64,000 nucleotides of DNA, from NCBI GenBank assembly GCA_024698145.1, contig JAILRO010000014.1, positions 8,356 through 72,355 of the forward strand, written 5' to 3'. The notes below the pieces were generated by a model. That model ran no database searches, was not told where the DNA came from, and was given only the letters and a program-made list of their open reading frames with translations. Below, piece by piece: positions 50,933 to 60,471 of this stretch (position 1 is its first letter; each line of letters begins with the position of its first letter). The stretch is from Lachnospiraceae bacterium (GTDB taxonomy: Bacteria > Bacillota > Clostridia > Lachnospirales > Lachnospiraceae). Position numbers and translations under genes: made by a program.

Positions 50933-52612
50933 ATGTTTGGTGAAAATGGAATGATATCGGAAAAGCAGATAAGTCTTATGTCGCTTTTGCCGGTGTTTAC
51001 GAGCAGTGTTCTTATACTTCCGTATCTTTTTGCAAGACTTTTTGAGGAAAATTTGATTGCAGGCATGATCTTATACGTGTTTGTCGGATTCGTGTATGCT
51101 GCAATTTTAATTACGATTAACTGCAAAGTAGAGTATGAGGAATTGCGTATAACATCTGTAATTAATCTTGTAAGGTACGAACTGCGGTTGGTGTTGTATA
51201 TCTTGCTGTGTAGTGCTGTGATTGTTGAGGGTAGGGTGCCATATACAACCGTAAAAGAAGCAGGAGATGTAAGCAATCTTGCTGTGCTTATTCCGTTTTT
51301 ATTTGTTTCATTGTATGCGTGTGTGCATAAAGTTGAACGACAGGGCAGACTATGTGAGATAATATTTGGAAGTGTGATGCTTCCGTATATAACCATGCTT
51401 GTGTTGGGGATAAAGAATATGGATGTCATTCCGTTTTGTAACGATTTCAACACAGGAACATTACTCTTCAAATGTGTCGGTCTGCTTTCTTTTATTACGC
51501 CGATAGAACACTTTGGAAGACTCAAAGAAAGACTTAATGATAAGCGGAATGTGGGACGTAAGTTATTGGCCAAAACGTTTGGTGTAATAACATTTGTGAC
51601 TGCCGGTTCGTATGTCTTAATATGCATAATGGGGCTTGCAACAGCATCATTAGATCCGATGATGTCCATATCCATAATGCGATATATAGAGCTTCCTTTT
51701 GGGGTCTTACAGCGACTTGATGTGCTGATGGTTTGGTTTTTTGTGACCGGATGTTTTGGACTTGTAGTTGGTCTTTTGCACAGAGTAAATGATACCGCAA
51801 CAAGTCGTTGTGGTAGGGGCGGTGGTTTTATTCTTACTGTGGTTATGCTTTTTTCTTCGGTAATTATTGCATATATGATAGGTGACTATAAAGACGCACT
51901 TGGACATTTTTTGGTATATGGTTTGTTTGTTGAAGTGCCATTGTCGATTATTCTTCCGTTAATTAATAATAATAGATTTATCAAACGCATTGCCATGCTT
52001 GGATTGGTTATTGCACTCGCCACAAATCTTACGGCATGTGGAGGCAGGATAGAAAATATCGAGCAGCGGGATTATGCTACGGTTATGGTTGTGAATTTAA
52101 CTGTGGATAAAATTACGGTTGGGGTTGCAAAAGAACATCGCGTGGGTGATGCAATTGGAACAGAGACTTTGTATGAAACAACAGGTGTTGATAAACTTTA
52201 CGATTCGTATGCTGATGAGAAGGGTAAGGATTTGTCGATGTCGCATTTGAAGGTGATTGTTGTTGGAGATATATCCGAACAAGAAGGTCGGATGGATGCC
52301 GGACATTTTGATGGTGAACGAAAACTTGTGAGTCTGATTGATAAGCTCGATTCCAATATGGAAATTGCCAAGACTTGTCCCGTGTTGATGACAGAGGACG
52401 CGGATGCAGTAGTTGAATACATGAAAAAATCAGATGAGCCGACGGCAACGTATATAGATAATCTTATAAGGACTTCAGAAAAGAAGAAGCACAAGATTCC
52501 AAGGCTTATGGATTATATCAAACATATAAGGGATGGGAAAAAGATAGATATGTATAGTCTTGCTAAAGACGGAAATTATCTACGCCTCTGCGAATACGAT
52601 AAGAATAAATGA
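50933..52612 (+). CDS. germinant receptor B subunit (spore permease) fused to a short GerC-like lipoprotein module
   Basis: About 355 aa of 10-TM GerAB-like permease ('ISEKQISLMSLLPVF...'). An internal lipobox 'LATNLTACGG' (about 52020-52046) is followed by GerXC-N-terminal-like sequence ('IEQRDYATVMVV','SHLKVIVVGD'). Confidence 0.75.
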   Translation: MFGENGMISEKQISLMSLLPVFTSSVLILPYLFARLFEENLIAGMILYVFVGFVYAAILITINCKVEYEELRITSVINLVRYELRLVLYILLCSAVIVEGRVPYTTVKEAGDVSNLAVLIPFLFVSLYACVHKVERQGRLCEIIFGSVMLPYITMLVLGIKNMDVIPFCNDFNTGTLLFKCVGLLSFITPIEHFGRLKERLNDKRNVGRKLLAKTFGVITFVTAGSYVLICIMGLATASLDPMMSISIMRYIELPFGVLQRLDVLMVWFFVTGCFGLVVGLLHRVNDTATSRCGRGGGFILTVVMLFSSVIIAYMIGDYKDALGHFLVYGLFVEVPLSIILPLINNNRFIKRIAMLGLVIALATNLTACGGRIENIEQRDYATVMVVNLTVDKITVGVAKEHRVGDAIGTETLYETTGVDKLYDSYADEKGKDLSMSHLKVIVVGDISEQEGRMDAGHFDGERKLVSLIDKLDSNMEIAKTCPVLMTEDADAVVEYMKKSDEPTATYIDNLIRTSEKKKHKIPRLMDYIKHIRDGKKIDMYSLAKDGNYLRLCEYDKNK

Positions 52613-52707
52613 AATGCAAACAGACGCACAGTTTAATCAAAAAAGTGAATAAATAGGAATTATTTCGGTAATACTTTCCTTAAAATAAATAAAAGGAAGG
52701 TATTGGC

Positions 52708-53643
52708 ATGAGACATCTTAAAACAATAACGCTTGCAATATGTATTGGTATAATCGGTGGTATGGCAGTAACGATTTTTTCATATTATTTAAGCCACAGG
52801 GAAGGCGGAATAGTTACTACGTTACGGGCGGTGGCAGACAGCGCCAATCGCATAAGTGAGGCGTATGAAGGAACAATGAGTCGCAGTAACGGCTGGAGTA
52901 TGAATCCGGAGATTTTGGCAGGCGGACGACTTACTTCAACGGGCGGAGAGTTTATTGATAACAGGCCCACTATGGATAATTCCGTGTTGGCTGCATTTGC
53001 CGGAATAGGTGAAGAGAACGGCCTTGCGGTTAAGCTTGGGAATATATTCGATAAGGGTAATTCCTCCTCTGATCTTATCAAGGTAAATGATGACACATTG
53101 GAAGATAATCCGTATGGAGATATTCTGCGTTTTCATGTGCGAGCTAACAGCGACAGTGATAATGATCAGGAACTTAAGCTTGCGGTAAGAGATGACGTGA
53201 TTGCTCTGCTAGAACCACTTGTATCTGATTGCGGAAGTGTGTCGGAAAGCAAGAGAATTATCATTAATAATCTTCAAAACATTCATACTACAGCGGTTAA
53301 TACAATCGTAGAACAAGGCTATGATTATCCGGTTAAAGCATACGTTACGGTTGAGGATTTTCCGGAGAAAACATATGGCGATGTGACGTTACCTGCCGGC
53401 AAGTACCAGGCCTTACGCATAGACATTGGAAATGCGCAAGGACATAACTGGTGGTGTGTGATGTATCCACCACTATGCTTTATTGACGAGACTACGGCAG
53501 TTGTTGACGACAAAGGCAAAGAGATACTTAAGGAGAACTTATCGCCCGAGGCTTATAAAGCACTTTTTGAAAATGAAGAGATTAGAGGGAAGTCATTGTT
53601 ATATGAGAAAATTAAGGAATGGTTTGATGGGGATGAACAATAG
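52708..53643 (+). CDS. spoIIR: stage II sporulation protein R
   Basis: N-terminal TM helix. The C-terminal domain has 'LRFHVRANSDSDNDQELKLAVRD','GKYQALRIDIGNAQGHNWWCVMYPPLCF', which are SpoIIR hallmarks. Confidence 0.9.
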   Translation: MRHLKTITLAICIGIIGGMAVTIFSYYLSHREGGIVTTLRAVADSANRISEAYEGTMSRSNGWSMNPEILAGGRLTSTGGEFIDNRPTMDNSVLAAFAGIGEENGLAVKLGNIFDKGNSSSDLIKVNDDTLEDNPYGDILRFHVRANSDSDNDQELKLAVRDDVIALLEPLVSDCGSVSESKRIIINNLQNIHTTAVNTIVEQGYDYPVKAYVTVEDFPEKTYGDVTLPAGKYQALRIDIGNAQGHNWWCVMYPPLCFIDETTAVVDDKGKEILKENLSPEAYKALFENEEIRGKSLLYEKIKEWFDGDEQ

Positions 53644-53745
53644 CATTTTTTGATAGAATTAAATGCTTTATTGTGCTATAATATTTGTGCTTGCATGAGT
53701 AAATGATTAGCAAAAGATAATGAATATGTAATAAGGAGATACATC

Positions 53746-55023
53746 ATGGAAAACTACAGAATCGACACAGCATGTGTACAGGCAGGATACAGACCGGGTA
53801 ACGGAGAACCAAGACAGATTCCTATCGTGCAATCTACAACATTTAAATATGATACAAGTGAGGATATGGGTAAGCTTTTTGACCTTGAGGCAAGCGGCTA
53901 CTTCTATACAAGATTACAGAACCCGACCAATGATTATGTTGCAGCTAAGATTGCTGATTTGGAGGGTGGTACGGCAGCAATGCTTACATCATCAGGACAG
54001 GCTGCCAACTTCTTTGCTATGTTTAATGTATGTGAGAATGGCGGACATATCGTTTCATCTGCTTCAATATACGGAGGAACATTTAATCTTATTGCCGTAA
54101 CAATGGCAAAGATGGGAATTGATGTAACATTCGTTTCGCCGGATTGCAGTGACGAAGAATTAGAGGCAGCATTTAGAGATAATACCAAGCTTGTGTTTGG
54201 TGAGACAATCGCTAATCCGGCACTTACTGTATTTGATATTGAGAGATTCGCTAAGGCTGCACATGCACACGGTGTACCTCTTATTGTAGATAATACATTC
54301 CCGACACCGGTTAATTGTCGTCCTATAGAGTGGGGTGCTGATATAGTTACTCACTCAACAACCAAATACATGGACGGACATGGTGCTGCTGTTGGTGGTG
54401 TTATAGTTGATTCAGGTAAGTTCGACTGGATGGCTCACGCTGATAAGTTCCCGGGACTTACTACACCGGATGAGTCATATCACGGAATTGTATATGCCGA
54501 GAAGTTCGGCAAAGAGGGTGCATTTATTACAAAATGTACTGCTCAGCTTATGAGAGACTTTGGTTGTATTCAGTCACCTCAGCATGCATTTATATTGAAT
54601 CTTGGACTTGAGTCGCTTCATGTAAGAATGCCAAAACATGTGGAGAATGGCCAGGCGGTAGCAGAGTTCCTTGAAGGACATTCCAAGGTTAAGAAGGTAA
54701 GCTATCCGGGTCTTCCTTCAAATCCATATTATGAGCGTGCAAAGAAATATCTTCCAAAGGGTGGTTGCGGAGTTGTTTCATTTGAACTTGAAGGTGGACG
54801 TGCTGCTGCAGAGAGCTTTATGAAGAAGCTTAAGCTTGCGGCTATCGAAACACACGTTGCAGACGCAAGAACATGTTGTCTTAATCCTGCAACATCAACA
54901 CATCGTCAGCTTACGGATGAGCAGTTAGAGGCAGCAGGAATTCCTGCAGGTCTTATAAGAATTTCTTGTGGTCTTGAGGATAAAGAGGATCTTATAGCAG
55001 ATCTTAAGCAGGCGCTTGAATAA
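53746..55023 (+). CDS. metY: O-acetylhomoserine sulfhydrylase (PLP-dependent, Cys/Met metabolism family)
   Basis: 425 aa with 'TTFKYD','YTRLQNPT' and the PLP-lysine region 'VTHSTTKYMDGHG'. Confidence 0.9.
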   Translation: MENYRIDTACVQAGYRPGNGEPRQIPIVQSTTFKYDTSEDMGKLFDLEASGYFYTRLQNPTNDYVAAKIADLEGGTAAMLTSSGQAANFFAMFNVCENGGHIVSSASIYGGTFNLIAVTMAKMGIDVTFVSPDCSDEELEAAFRDNTKLVFGETIANPALTVFDIERFAKAAHAHGVPLIVDNTFPTPVNCRPIEWGADIVTHSTTKYMDGHGAAVGGVIVDSGKFDWMAHADKFPGLTTPDESYHGIVYAEKFGKEGAFITKCTAQLMRDFGCIQSPQHAFILNLGLESLHVRMPKHVENGQAVAEFLEGHSKVKKVSYPGLPSNPYYERAKKYLPKGGCGVVSFELEGGRAAAESFMKKLKLAAIETHVADARTCCLNPATSTHRQLTDEQLEAAGIPAGLIRISCGLEDKEDLIADLKQALE

Positions 55024-55051
55024 GGGTTTATGAACGAAAGAGGGAGTATTT

Positions 55052-57979
55052 GTGGGGAATACAGAGCACGACGGCCGTTTTGGTCTTAGACCATATTTGA
55101 CACCAATGGGTGCGTGGGCACTCGCTTTTGGCTGCAGCGTTGGCTGGGGTGCGTTTGTTATGCCCGGGAATACTTTTCTTCCCTTGGCAGGACCGCTTGG
55201 AACTGTTTTGGGAATATTGATAGGCGGACTTGTAATGCTGCTTGTCGGAAACAATTATTATTTCATGATGAATATTTATAAGGATTGCGGTGGAACATTT
55301 ACCTTTGTCAAACACGAGATGGGCTATGACCATGGTTTCTTAAGTGCATGGTTTCTCTGTCTTGTGTACATGGCGGTTATATGGGCAAATGCCACCGCAA
55401 TTCCTCTTATTAGCAGATATCTTCTCGGGGGACTTTTTGAACACGGACCGCATTATACGGTGGCGGGTTATGAAGTATATCTTTTGGAGGCGTTAGTGTC
55501 GGTGGCTTCTCTTGCTTTGGCAGGAATCATATGTGCCATTGGTGGCAGGACGACATCACTTTTTCAGATAAGCTGTGCGCTTGTTTTGTTTGGCGGAATA
55601 ATTCTTTGTGCCAGCGCTATTTTCTTTGCAGATGCATTCAATCCTTTCGGTGTGATACCTGCATTTGCAACGGAAGATGTAAGCCATGCACATCAGGTGA
55701 TGCGTGTAATTGCTCTTGCACCGTGGGCCTTCATAGGTTTTGAATCAATATCGCACTCTACGGAAGAGTTTCGTTTTTCGACTGCAAGAGTTATCGGTAT
55801 AATGTTTTGGGCGATACTTGCCGGAATGTGTGCTTATGGAATATTGTCATTTATTGCTGTGTCGGCTGTGCCGACGGGTTTTGACAACTGGGTATCTTAT
55901 GTAGAAAGTCTTGATTCCGCAAAAGGCATAGAAGCACTTCCGGTTTTTAATGCTGTATATACATACACCGGTAAGACGGGAATTTTCATTCTTGGTATAA
56001 CGACTATTGCGGGCGTTGCGACAGGACTTGTTGGTAACATGGTTGCTGCCAGCAGACTTATATATTCCGTGGCGAGAGACAACATGGTGCCTAATTGGTT
56101 TGGACGGATTAGCAGTGACAATGTTCCCGTTAATTCCATCTTGTTTGTAGTGCTTCTTTCTATGCCGATACCATTTTTGGGACGTACTGCAATCGGTTGG
56201 ATTGTTGATGTCAACACGATAGGCGCAAGTATTGCTTTTGCGTACACTTCGCTGGTGGCTTACAGAGTGGCAAAACGAGATAAAAAAAGGTTTTATGAAA
56301 CAACAGGCGTTATCGGATTTGTTGCTTCTGTTATATTGATACTTTATTTTCTGATTCCTAATATATGGACCGGCGGCAATTTGTCCTCCGAGTCGTATTT
56401 TATTCTTTTAATATGGAGCATTGTAGGTTTCTCATTATTCCATTATGTTTTGGAGCGTGATGAAAAACGCCGCTTTGGAAGGTCGACGGTGGCGCTTTTG
56501 GTGATGCTTTTCCTTGTGATATTTATAGCTATGTTGTGGTTTAGGGAAGAGTCTTTGGACGTGTCAAAGGAACTGCTCGAAAAACTTAATAACTACCATG
56601 TCAAAGAACTTATCGATAACGGAATCACAATAGAATATGAGACGCTTAAGAATACGTCGGATTATCTTACGAAGATGATGAATCAGTCGGATCGTCTTAT
56701 GCAGAGAAACAGTATAAGAGAAATGATAGTAATCATGATAGCGCTTATCGTAATGTTTCGTATATATAATCTTATTCACAAACGTCAGCGTGAAATCGAA
56801 GTTGAGAAGATTAAAGCAGAAGAAAGCAGTCGCGCAAAGAGCACATTTCTTTCAAATATGAGCCACGATATTCGAACTCCGTTAAATGCAATTATCGGTT
56901 ACACAGAAATTGCAAAAAAGGTTGGTAATATACCAGAGAAGGAGTTGGAATACCTCGATAAAATAGAGGCGTCAGGGCATCATTTACTTGCACTTATCAA
57001 TGACGTGCTTGATATGAGCCGGATAGAGAGCGGAAAAATCGAACTCGATATTCAGTGTGCCGACATAACTGAGGCGATTAACAATGTATATGATTTGTTC
57101 AACACACAGATGGACATGAAGGGCATAACGTACAATGTAAATGTAGATGATGTAACGGATAAGTATGTTATGTGTGATGCCAATCGAATTAATCGTGTGC
57201 TTATCAATCTTGTAAGTAATGCATATAAGTTCACGGCCTCGGGAGGAAATATTGATGTCAAATTGACGCAACTTAAGACGGTAGATAATGTTGCAACCTA
57301 CGAATTGAAAGTCAAGGACACCGGTGTCGGTATGAGTAAGGAGTTTGCCGATAAGGTGTTTGAGGCATTTGAGAGAGAGGATACGGCAGGTGATGTGCAG
57401 GGTACCGGACTTGGTATGGCTATAACCAAGAGCATAATCGATATGATGGGTGGAACCATCAAAGTTGACAGCGAGAAAGGTGTAGGAACAGAGTTCGTTA
57501 TCAAGGTTGACTTGGAAATTGCAAGCGATAGAGATATTTTGAATCAGGATATCGACATTTATTCTGAAGACATCAGTTTTGAAGGACTTAGGGCGCTACT
57601 TGTTGAAGACCAGTCTATCAACAGGGAGATTGCAACAATGATTCTTAACCAATACGGCATTTCCCTTGAGTATGCCGAGAATGGAAAGGAAGCTGTTGAG
57701 AAAGTGGTTTTGCAGGGGCCGGGGCATTTTCAGGTTATATTTATGGACATACAAATGCCGGTGATGAATGGTTACGATGCGGCCAAAGTCATAAGGTCGC
57801 TGTCTGACAAAGAACTTGCCACAATTCCTATAATAGCGATGACTGCCAATGCGTTTTCTGTTGATGTCAAAGAAGCGATTGAGGCAGGAATGGATGGACA
57901 TATCGCAAAGCCTATAGAGGTTGATAAAATGTTAAAAACATTAAATGAAGTATTGAACAATAAGGAGGCCGATTCATGA
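55052..57979 (+). CDS. APC-family amino-acid-permease-like domain fused to a hybrid histidine kinase (HisKA-HATPase_c-REC)
   Basis: GTG start after GAGGGAG. The first ~470 aa are APC-permease-like ('AFGCSVGWGAFVMPG','AGPLGTVLGILIGGLVML','GGTFTFVKHEMG'). H-box 'SNMSHDIRTPLN' (His codon 56864), 'DTGVGM', and REC 'ALLVEDQSIN...FMDIQMPVMNG'. Confidence 0.88.
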   Translation: MGNTEHDGRFGLRPYLTPMGAWALAFGCSVGWGAFVMPGNTFLPLAGPLGTVLGILIGGLVMLLVGNNYYFMMNIYKDCGGTFTFVKHEMGYDHGFLSAWFLCLVYMAVIWANATAIPLISRYLLGGLFEHGPHYTVAGYEVYLLEALVSVASLALAGIICAIGGRTTSLFQISCALVLFGGIILCASAIFFADAFNPFGVIPAFATEDVSHAHQVMRVIALAPWAFIGFESISHSTEEFRFSTARVIGIMFWAILAGMCAYGILSFIAVSAVPTGFDNWVSYVESLDSAKGIEALPVFNAVYTYTGKTGIFILGITTIAGVATGLVGNMVAASRLIYSVARDNMVPNWFGRISSDNVPVNSILFVVLLSMPIPFLGRTAIGWIVDVNTIGASIAFAYTSLVAYRVAKRDKKRFYETTGVIGFVASVILILYFLIPNIWTGGNLSSESYFILLIWSIVGFSLFHYVLERDEKRRFGRSTVALLVMLFLVIFIAMLWFREESLDVSKELLEKLNNYHVKELIDNGITIEYETLKNTSDYLTKMMNQSDRLMQRNSIREMIVIMIALIVMFRIYNLIHKRQREIEVEKIKAEESSRAKSTFLSNMSHDIRTPLNAIIGYTEIAKKVGNIPEKELEYLDKIEASGHHLLALINDVLDMSRIESGKIELDIQCADITEAINNVYDLFNTQMDMKGITYNVNVDDVTDKYVMCDANRINRVLINLVSNAYKFTASGGNIDVKLTQLKTVDNVATYELKVKDTGVGMSKEFADKVFEAFEREDTAGDVQGTGLGMAITKSIIDMMGGTIKVDSEKGVGTEFVIKVDLEIASDRDILNQDIDIYSEDISFEGLRALLVEDQSINREIATMILNQYGISLEYAENGKEAVEKVVLQGPGHFQVIFMDIQMPVMNGYDAAKVIRSLSDKELATIPIIAMTANAFSVDVKEAIEAGMDGHIAKPIEVDKMLKTLNEVLNNKEADS

Positions 57980-58704
57980 TAAAAGCAAAGAACCTGTCAA
58001 TGGTTTACGGAAACAATTTTAAAGCTGTGGACAATCTTTCCTTTGAGATAAAACCGGGTGAGATTGTGGGATTTGCGGGACCAAACGGAGCCGGCAAAAC
58101 AACGGCAATCAAAATGCTTACGGGAATACTCAAACCCGTTGAAGGAAGTGCCGAGATAAACGGTTTTGATATAGTCAAGGATCCGATTAAGGCAAAAGAA
58201 AGCTTTGCATATGTGGCGGATAATCCGGACATTTTATTGCAGCTTACAGGAATTGAGTATATCAACTATATTGCGAATCTGTATAAGGTTCCCGATGAGC
58301 AGAGATACAAACGTATTGATGATTTGGCCAAGCGTTTCGGAATTAAGGAAAGTCTCGGAATACCAATGAGAGAATACTCGCATGGGATGAGACAGAAAAC
58401 AATGGTAATTGCGGCGCTTGTACATAATCCGCCGGCATGGATACTTGATGAGCCGATGACGGGACTTGATCCGACGGCAGCATTTGAACTTAAGCAGATG
58501 ATGAAGGAACACGCAGCAGCCGGGAATGCGGTGTTGTTTTCAACTCACGTATTAGAGGTTGCGGAGAAACTTTGCGACAGAATTATGATAATTAATCATG
58601 GACATAATCTTTATCAGGGAACTGTTGAGGATCTTGAAGCAGCTCATCCGGGTAAAGATTTGGAAGCTATATTCATTGAGATGGTAGGACAGAAAGAGGA
58701 GTAA
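57976..58704 (+). CDS. ABC transporter ATP-binding protein (ABC-2/DrrA-like)
   Basis: The ATG overlaps the kinase stop (ATGA). Walker A 'GPNGAGKTT', Walker B 'WILDEPMTGLD', and signature region 'YSHGMRQK' (His in place of the usual second Gly). Confidence 0.88.
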   Translation: MIKAKNLSMVYGNNFKAVDNLSFEIKPGEIVGFAGPNGAGKTTAIKMLTGILKPVEGSAEINGFDIVKDPIKAKESFAYVADNPDILLQLTGIEYINYIANLYKVPDEQRYKRIDDLAKRFGIKESLGIPMREYSHGMRQKTMVIAALVHNPPAWILDEPMTGLDPTAAFELKQMMKEHAAAGNAVLFSTHVLEVAEKLCDRIMIINHGHNLYQGTVEDLEAAHPGKDLEAIFIEMVGQKEE

Positions 58705-58705
58705 T

Positions 58706-60376
58706 ATGGATATTTCCGGTATAAGATCAATAGTCAAAATATTAAGCAAAAATGCTGAAATGCGTTTGCCGCAGAAGACCTTATACAAGGTGCTCGCATT
58801 TATTGCGGTATTCGCAATTATGATTCCGTGCGTTGTGATTGTCGGCTTTATAAGCTTTGTCATGACCGAGGCGTTAATTGAGGTTAATAATCCCGGTAAC
58901 GGCATGCTATTTGAAATGCAGATACTGTCGGCATTTTCCATGATATTCGGAATACTTGTGATTTTCTCTGTGCTGTTCTTTTCGTCAGACAGGGAACATT
59001 TTGTAACGTTACCGATTCCGGCACATCATCTTATGATGGCGCGTTTCATATATTCATACATGGCCGAGTCTATTATGGAGTTTTTGGTGCTTGGCGCGGT
59101 TTATGTCGGATACTTTATTGCAGCGTCAATGGAACTTGGTGTGCTTAAGGCGCTTAATCCGATATCGGTTATAGCGGCGCTTTTGGGAACATTTGCAATA
59201 CCGCTTGTGCCTATGATATATTGTGCACTTTTTGCGATTGCGCTTATGGTGCTTCTTAAGGGTGTTAAGAATGTTAATGTCTTTTACAAAATGTCGTCGG
59301 TGTTTCTTCTTATATTTACATTGATTTTCGTGTATTCTTTGAGAGGACTTGGGGATATTAATATTGAGAATTATGTGGAGTCGTTGGGTAACGGAGACAA
59401 TTCATTCCTTAAGACGCTTAATATAATTTTCTTCCCGGTAGTATGGTTGTCCGAGGCGGTATCGCGTGGTAATGTTTTGTATCTTTTGCTTTATATAGTG
59501 TCAAATATTGCGCTTCTTGCGATACTTTATTTTGTTGGCAAGGCGCTTTATCAGGAGGGCTTATATACAGCAGCATCGCTTGGCTCTGACAAGAAGGAAG
59601 GACTTAAGAAAAAAGATATAGTTGTTGAGTCACAATTTATGGCAAGTCTTAAGAAGGAACTTCGCGTGATACTTCGAACAAGGGCATTTGCCAATAACAC
59701 AGCTTATATTAATCTGCTTTGGCCGGTTGGTACGTTTTGTTTGTTCCATTTTGCAGGTGACAAGGGTGCGATTGCGATGTTTGTGGAAATGTACTCGTCA
59801 GGAAAAGAGAGAGCAGATATGATACTTATTATGCTCATGGTTTCCGTAGCGTTTGTGGCAAGTGCGCTTAACAGCCTGGCTGCGACTTCATTTACAAGAG
59901 AGGGACAGCATCTTGAACTGATTAAGTTTATTCCGGTGCCGTTTAAGACGCAAATGTATGCCAAAGCGATGGTAAGTTTTATCTTCACTTATCCGGCGTT
60001 GCTTGTTACGGACATCATAGTTTGCGCATACATTGATGCGGGAATTGTCAGATGCCTTGTGATTGCAGTATTCATGCTTCTTGCACATGTGATTGCTCTT
60101 GTTGCGGGCATGATTCTTGACAGTTCTTCACCGTATGTGGAGTGGAGTGATGAATACAGTGCACTTCGAGGAAATCTCAATGCATTTTTCAATATGGCGG
60201 TAATGATGTTTGTTTCATTGCTGGTTATTGCACTCGGTCTGTTGTTATATGAAGTATTAAAGCTTCCTGTAAAGACATACTACATTGTAATGTTCTTGAC
60301 TCTTTTGGTGGCTGCAATTAGATTTGTTATGGTTGGACCTAAGGTTATAATTAAAAATATGTCAAAACTATTTTAA
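58706..60376 (+). CDS. multi-pass membrane protein, putative ABC exporter permease
   Basis: 556 aa and highly hydrophobic throughout. The start is 1 nt after the ATPase stop. Confidence 0.75.
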   Translation: MDISGIRSIVKILSKNAEMRLPQKTLYKVLAFIAVFAIMIPCVVIVGFISFVMTEALIEVNNPGNGMLFEMQILSAFSMIFGILVIFSVLFFSSDREHFVTLPIPAHHLMMARFIYSYMAESIMEFLVLGAVYVGYFIAASMELGVLKALNPISVIAALLGTFAIPLVPMIYCALFAIALMVLLKGVKNVNVFYKMSSVFLLIFTLIFVYSLRGLGDINIENYVESLGNGDNSFLKTLNIIFFPVVWLSEAVSRGNVLYLLLYIVSNIALLAILYFVGKALYQEGLYTAASLGSDKKEGLKKKDIVVESQFMASLKKELRVILRTRAFANNTAYINLLWPVGTFCLFHFAGDKGAIAMFVEMYSSGKERADMILIMLMVSVAFVASALNSLAATSFTREGQHLELIKFIPVPFKTQMYAKAMVSFIFTYPALLVTDIIVCAYIDAGIVRCLVIAVFMLLAHVIALVAGMILDSSSPYVEWSDEYSALRGNLNAFFNMAVMMFVSLLVIALGLLLYEVLKLPVKTYYIVMFLTLLVAAIRFVMVGPKVIIKNMSKLF

Positions 60377-60471
60377 AAAAAATTGAAAAAATGTTGTTAT
60401 AGTCCATAAACATGTACAATAGTTTGTGGTATAATCAAACTACAAAAATAAATTATAAGGATGTTGATACT

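Noticed and set aside
50761-51675. 304-aa ORF on the minus strand
   Set aside because: It is entirely antisense to the well-supported GerB-like permease. It has a Ser/Thr/Leu/Ile-rich low-complexity translation, no RBS and no recognisable motif. This is a typical shadow ORF of a membrane-protein gene.
52647-52675. Sigma-F-type promoter upstream of spoIIR (GAATA-15-GGTAATACT)
   Set aside because: It is only a partial match to the GCATR-15-GGHRARHTX consensus, with one mismatch in each element. That is too weak to report as a feature without a position-weight-matrix score.
53644-53745. Expected S-box (SAM) riboswitch or T-box upstream of metY
   Set aside because: The spacer is only 102 nt. 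It is AT-rich and contains an extended -10 (TGcTATAAT, 53674-53682) but none of the conserved S-box or T-box sequence blocks.
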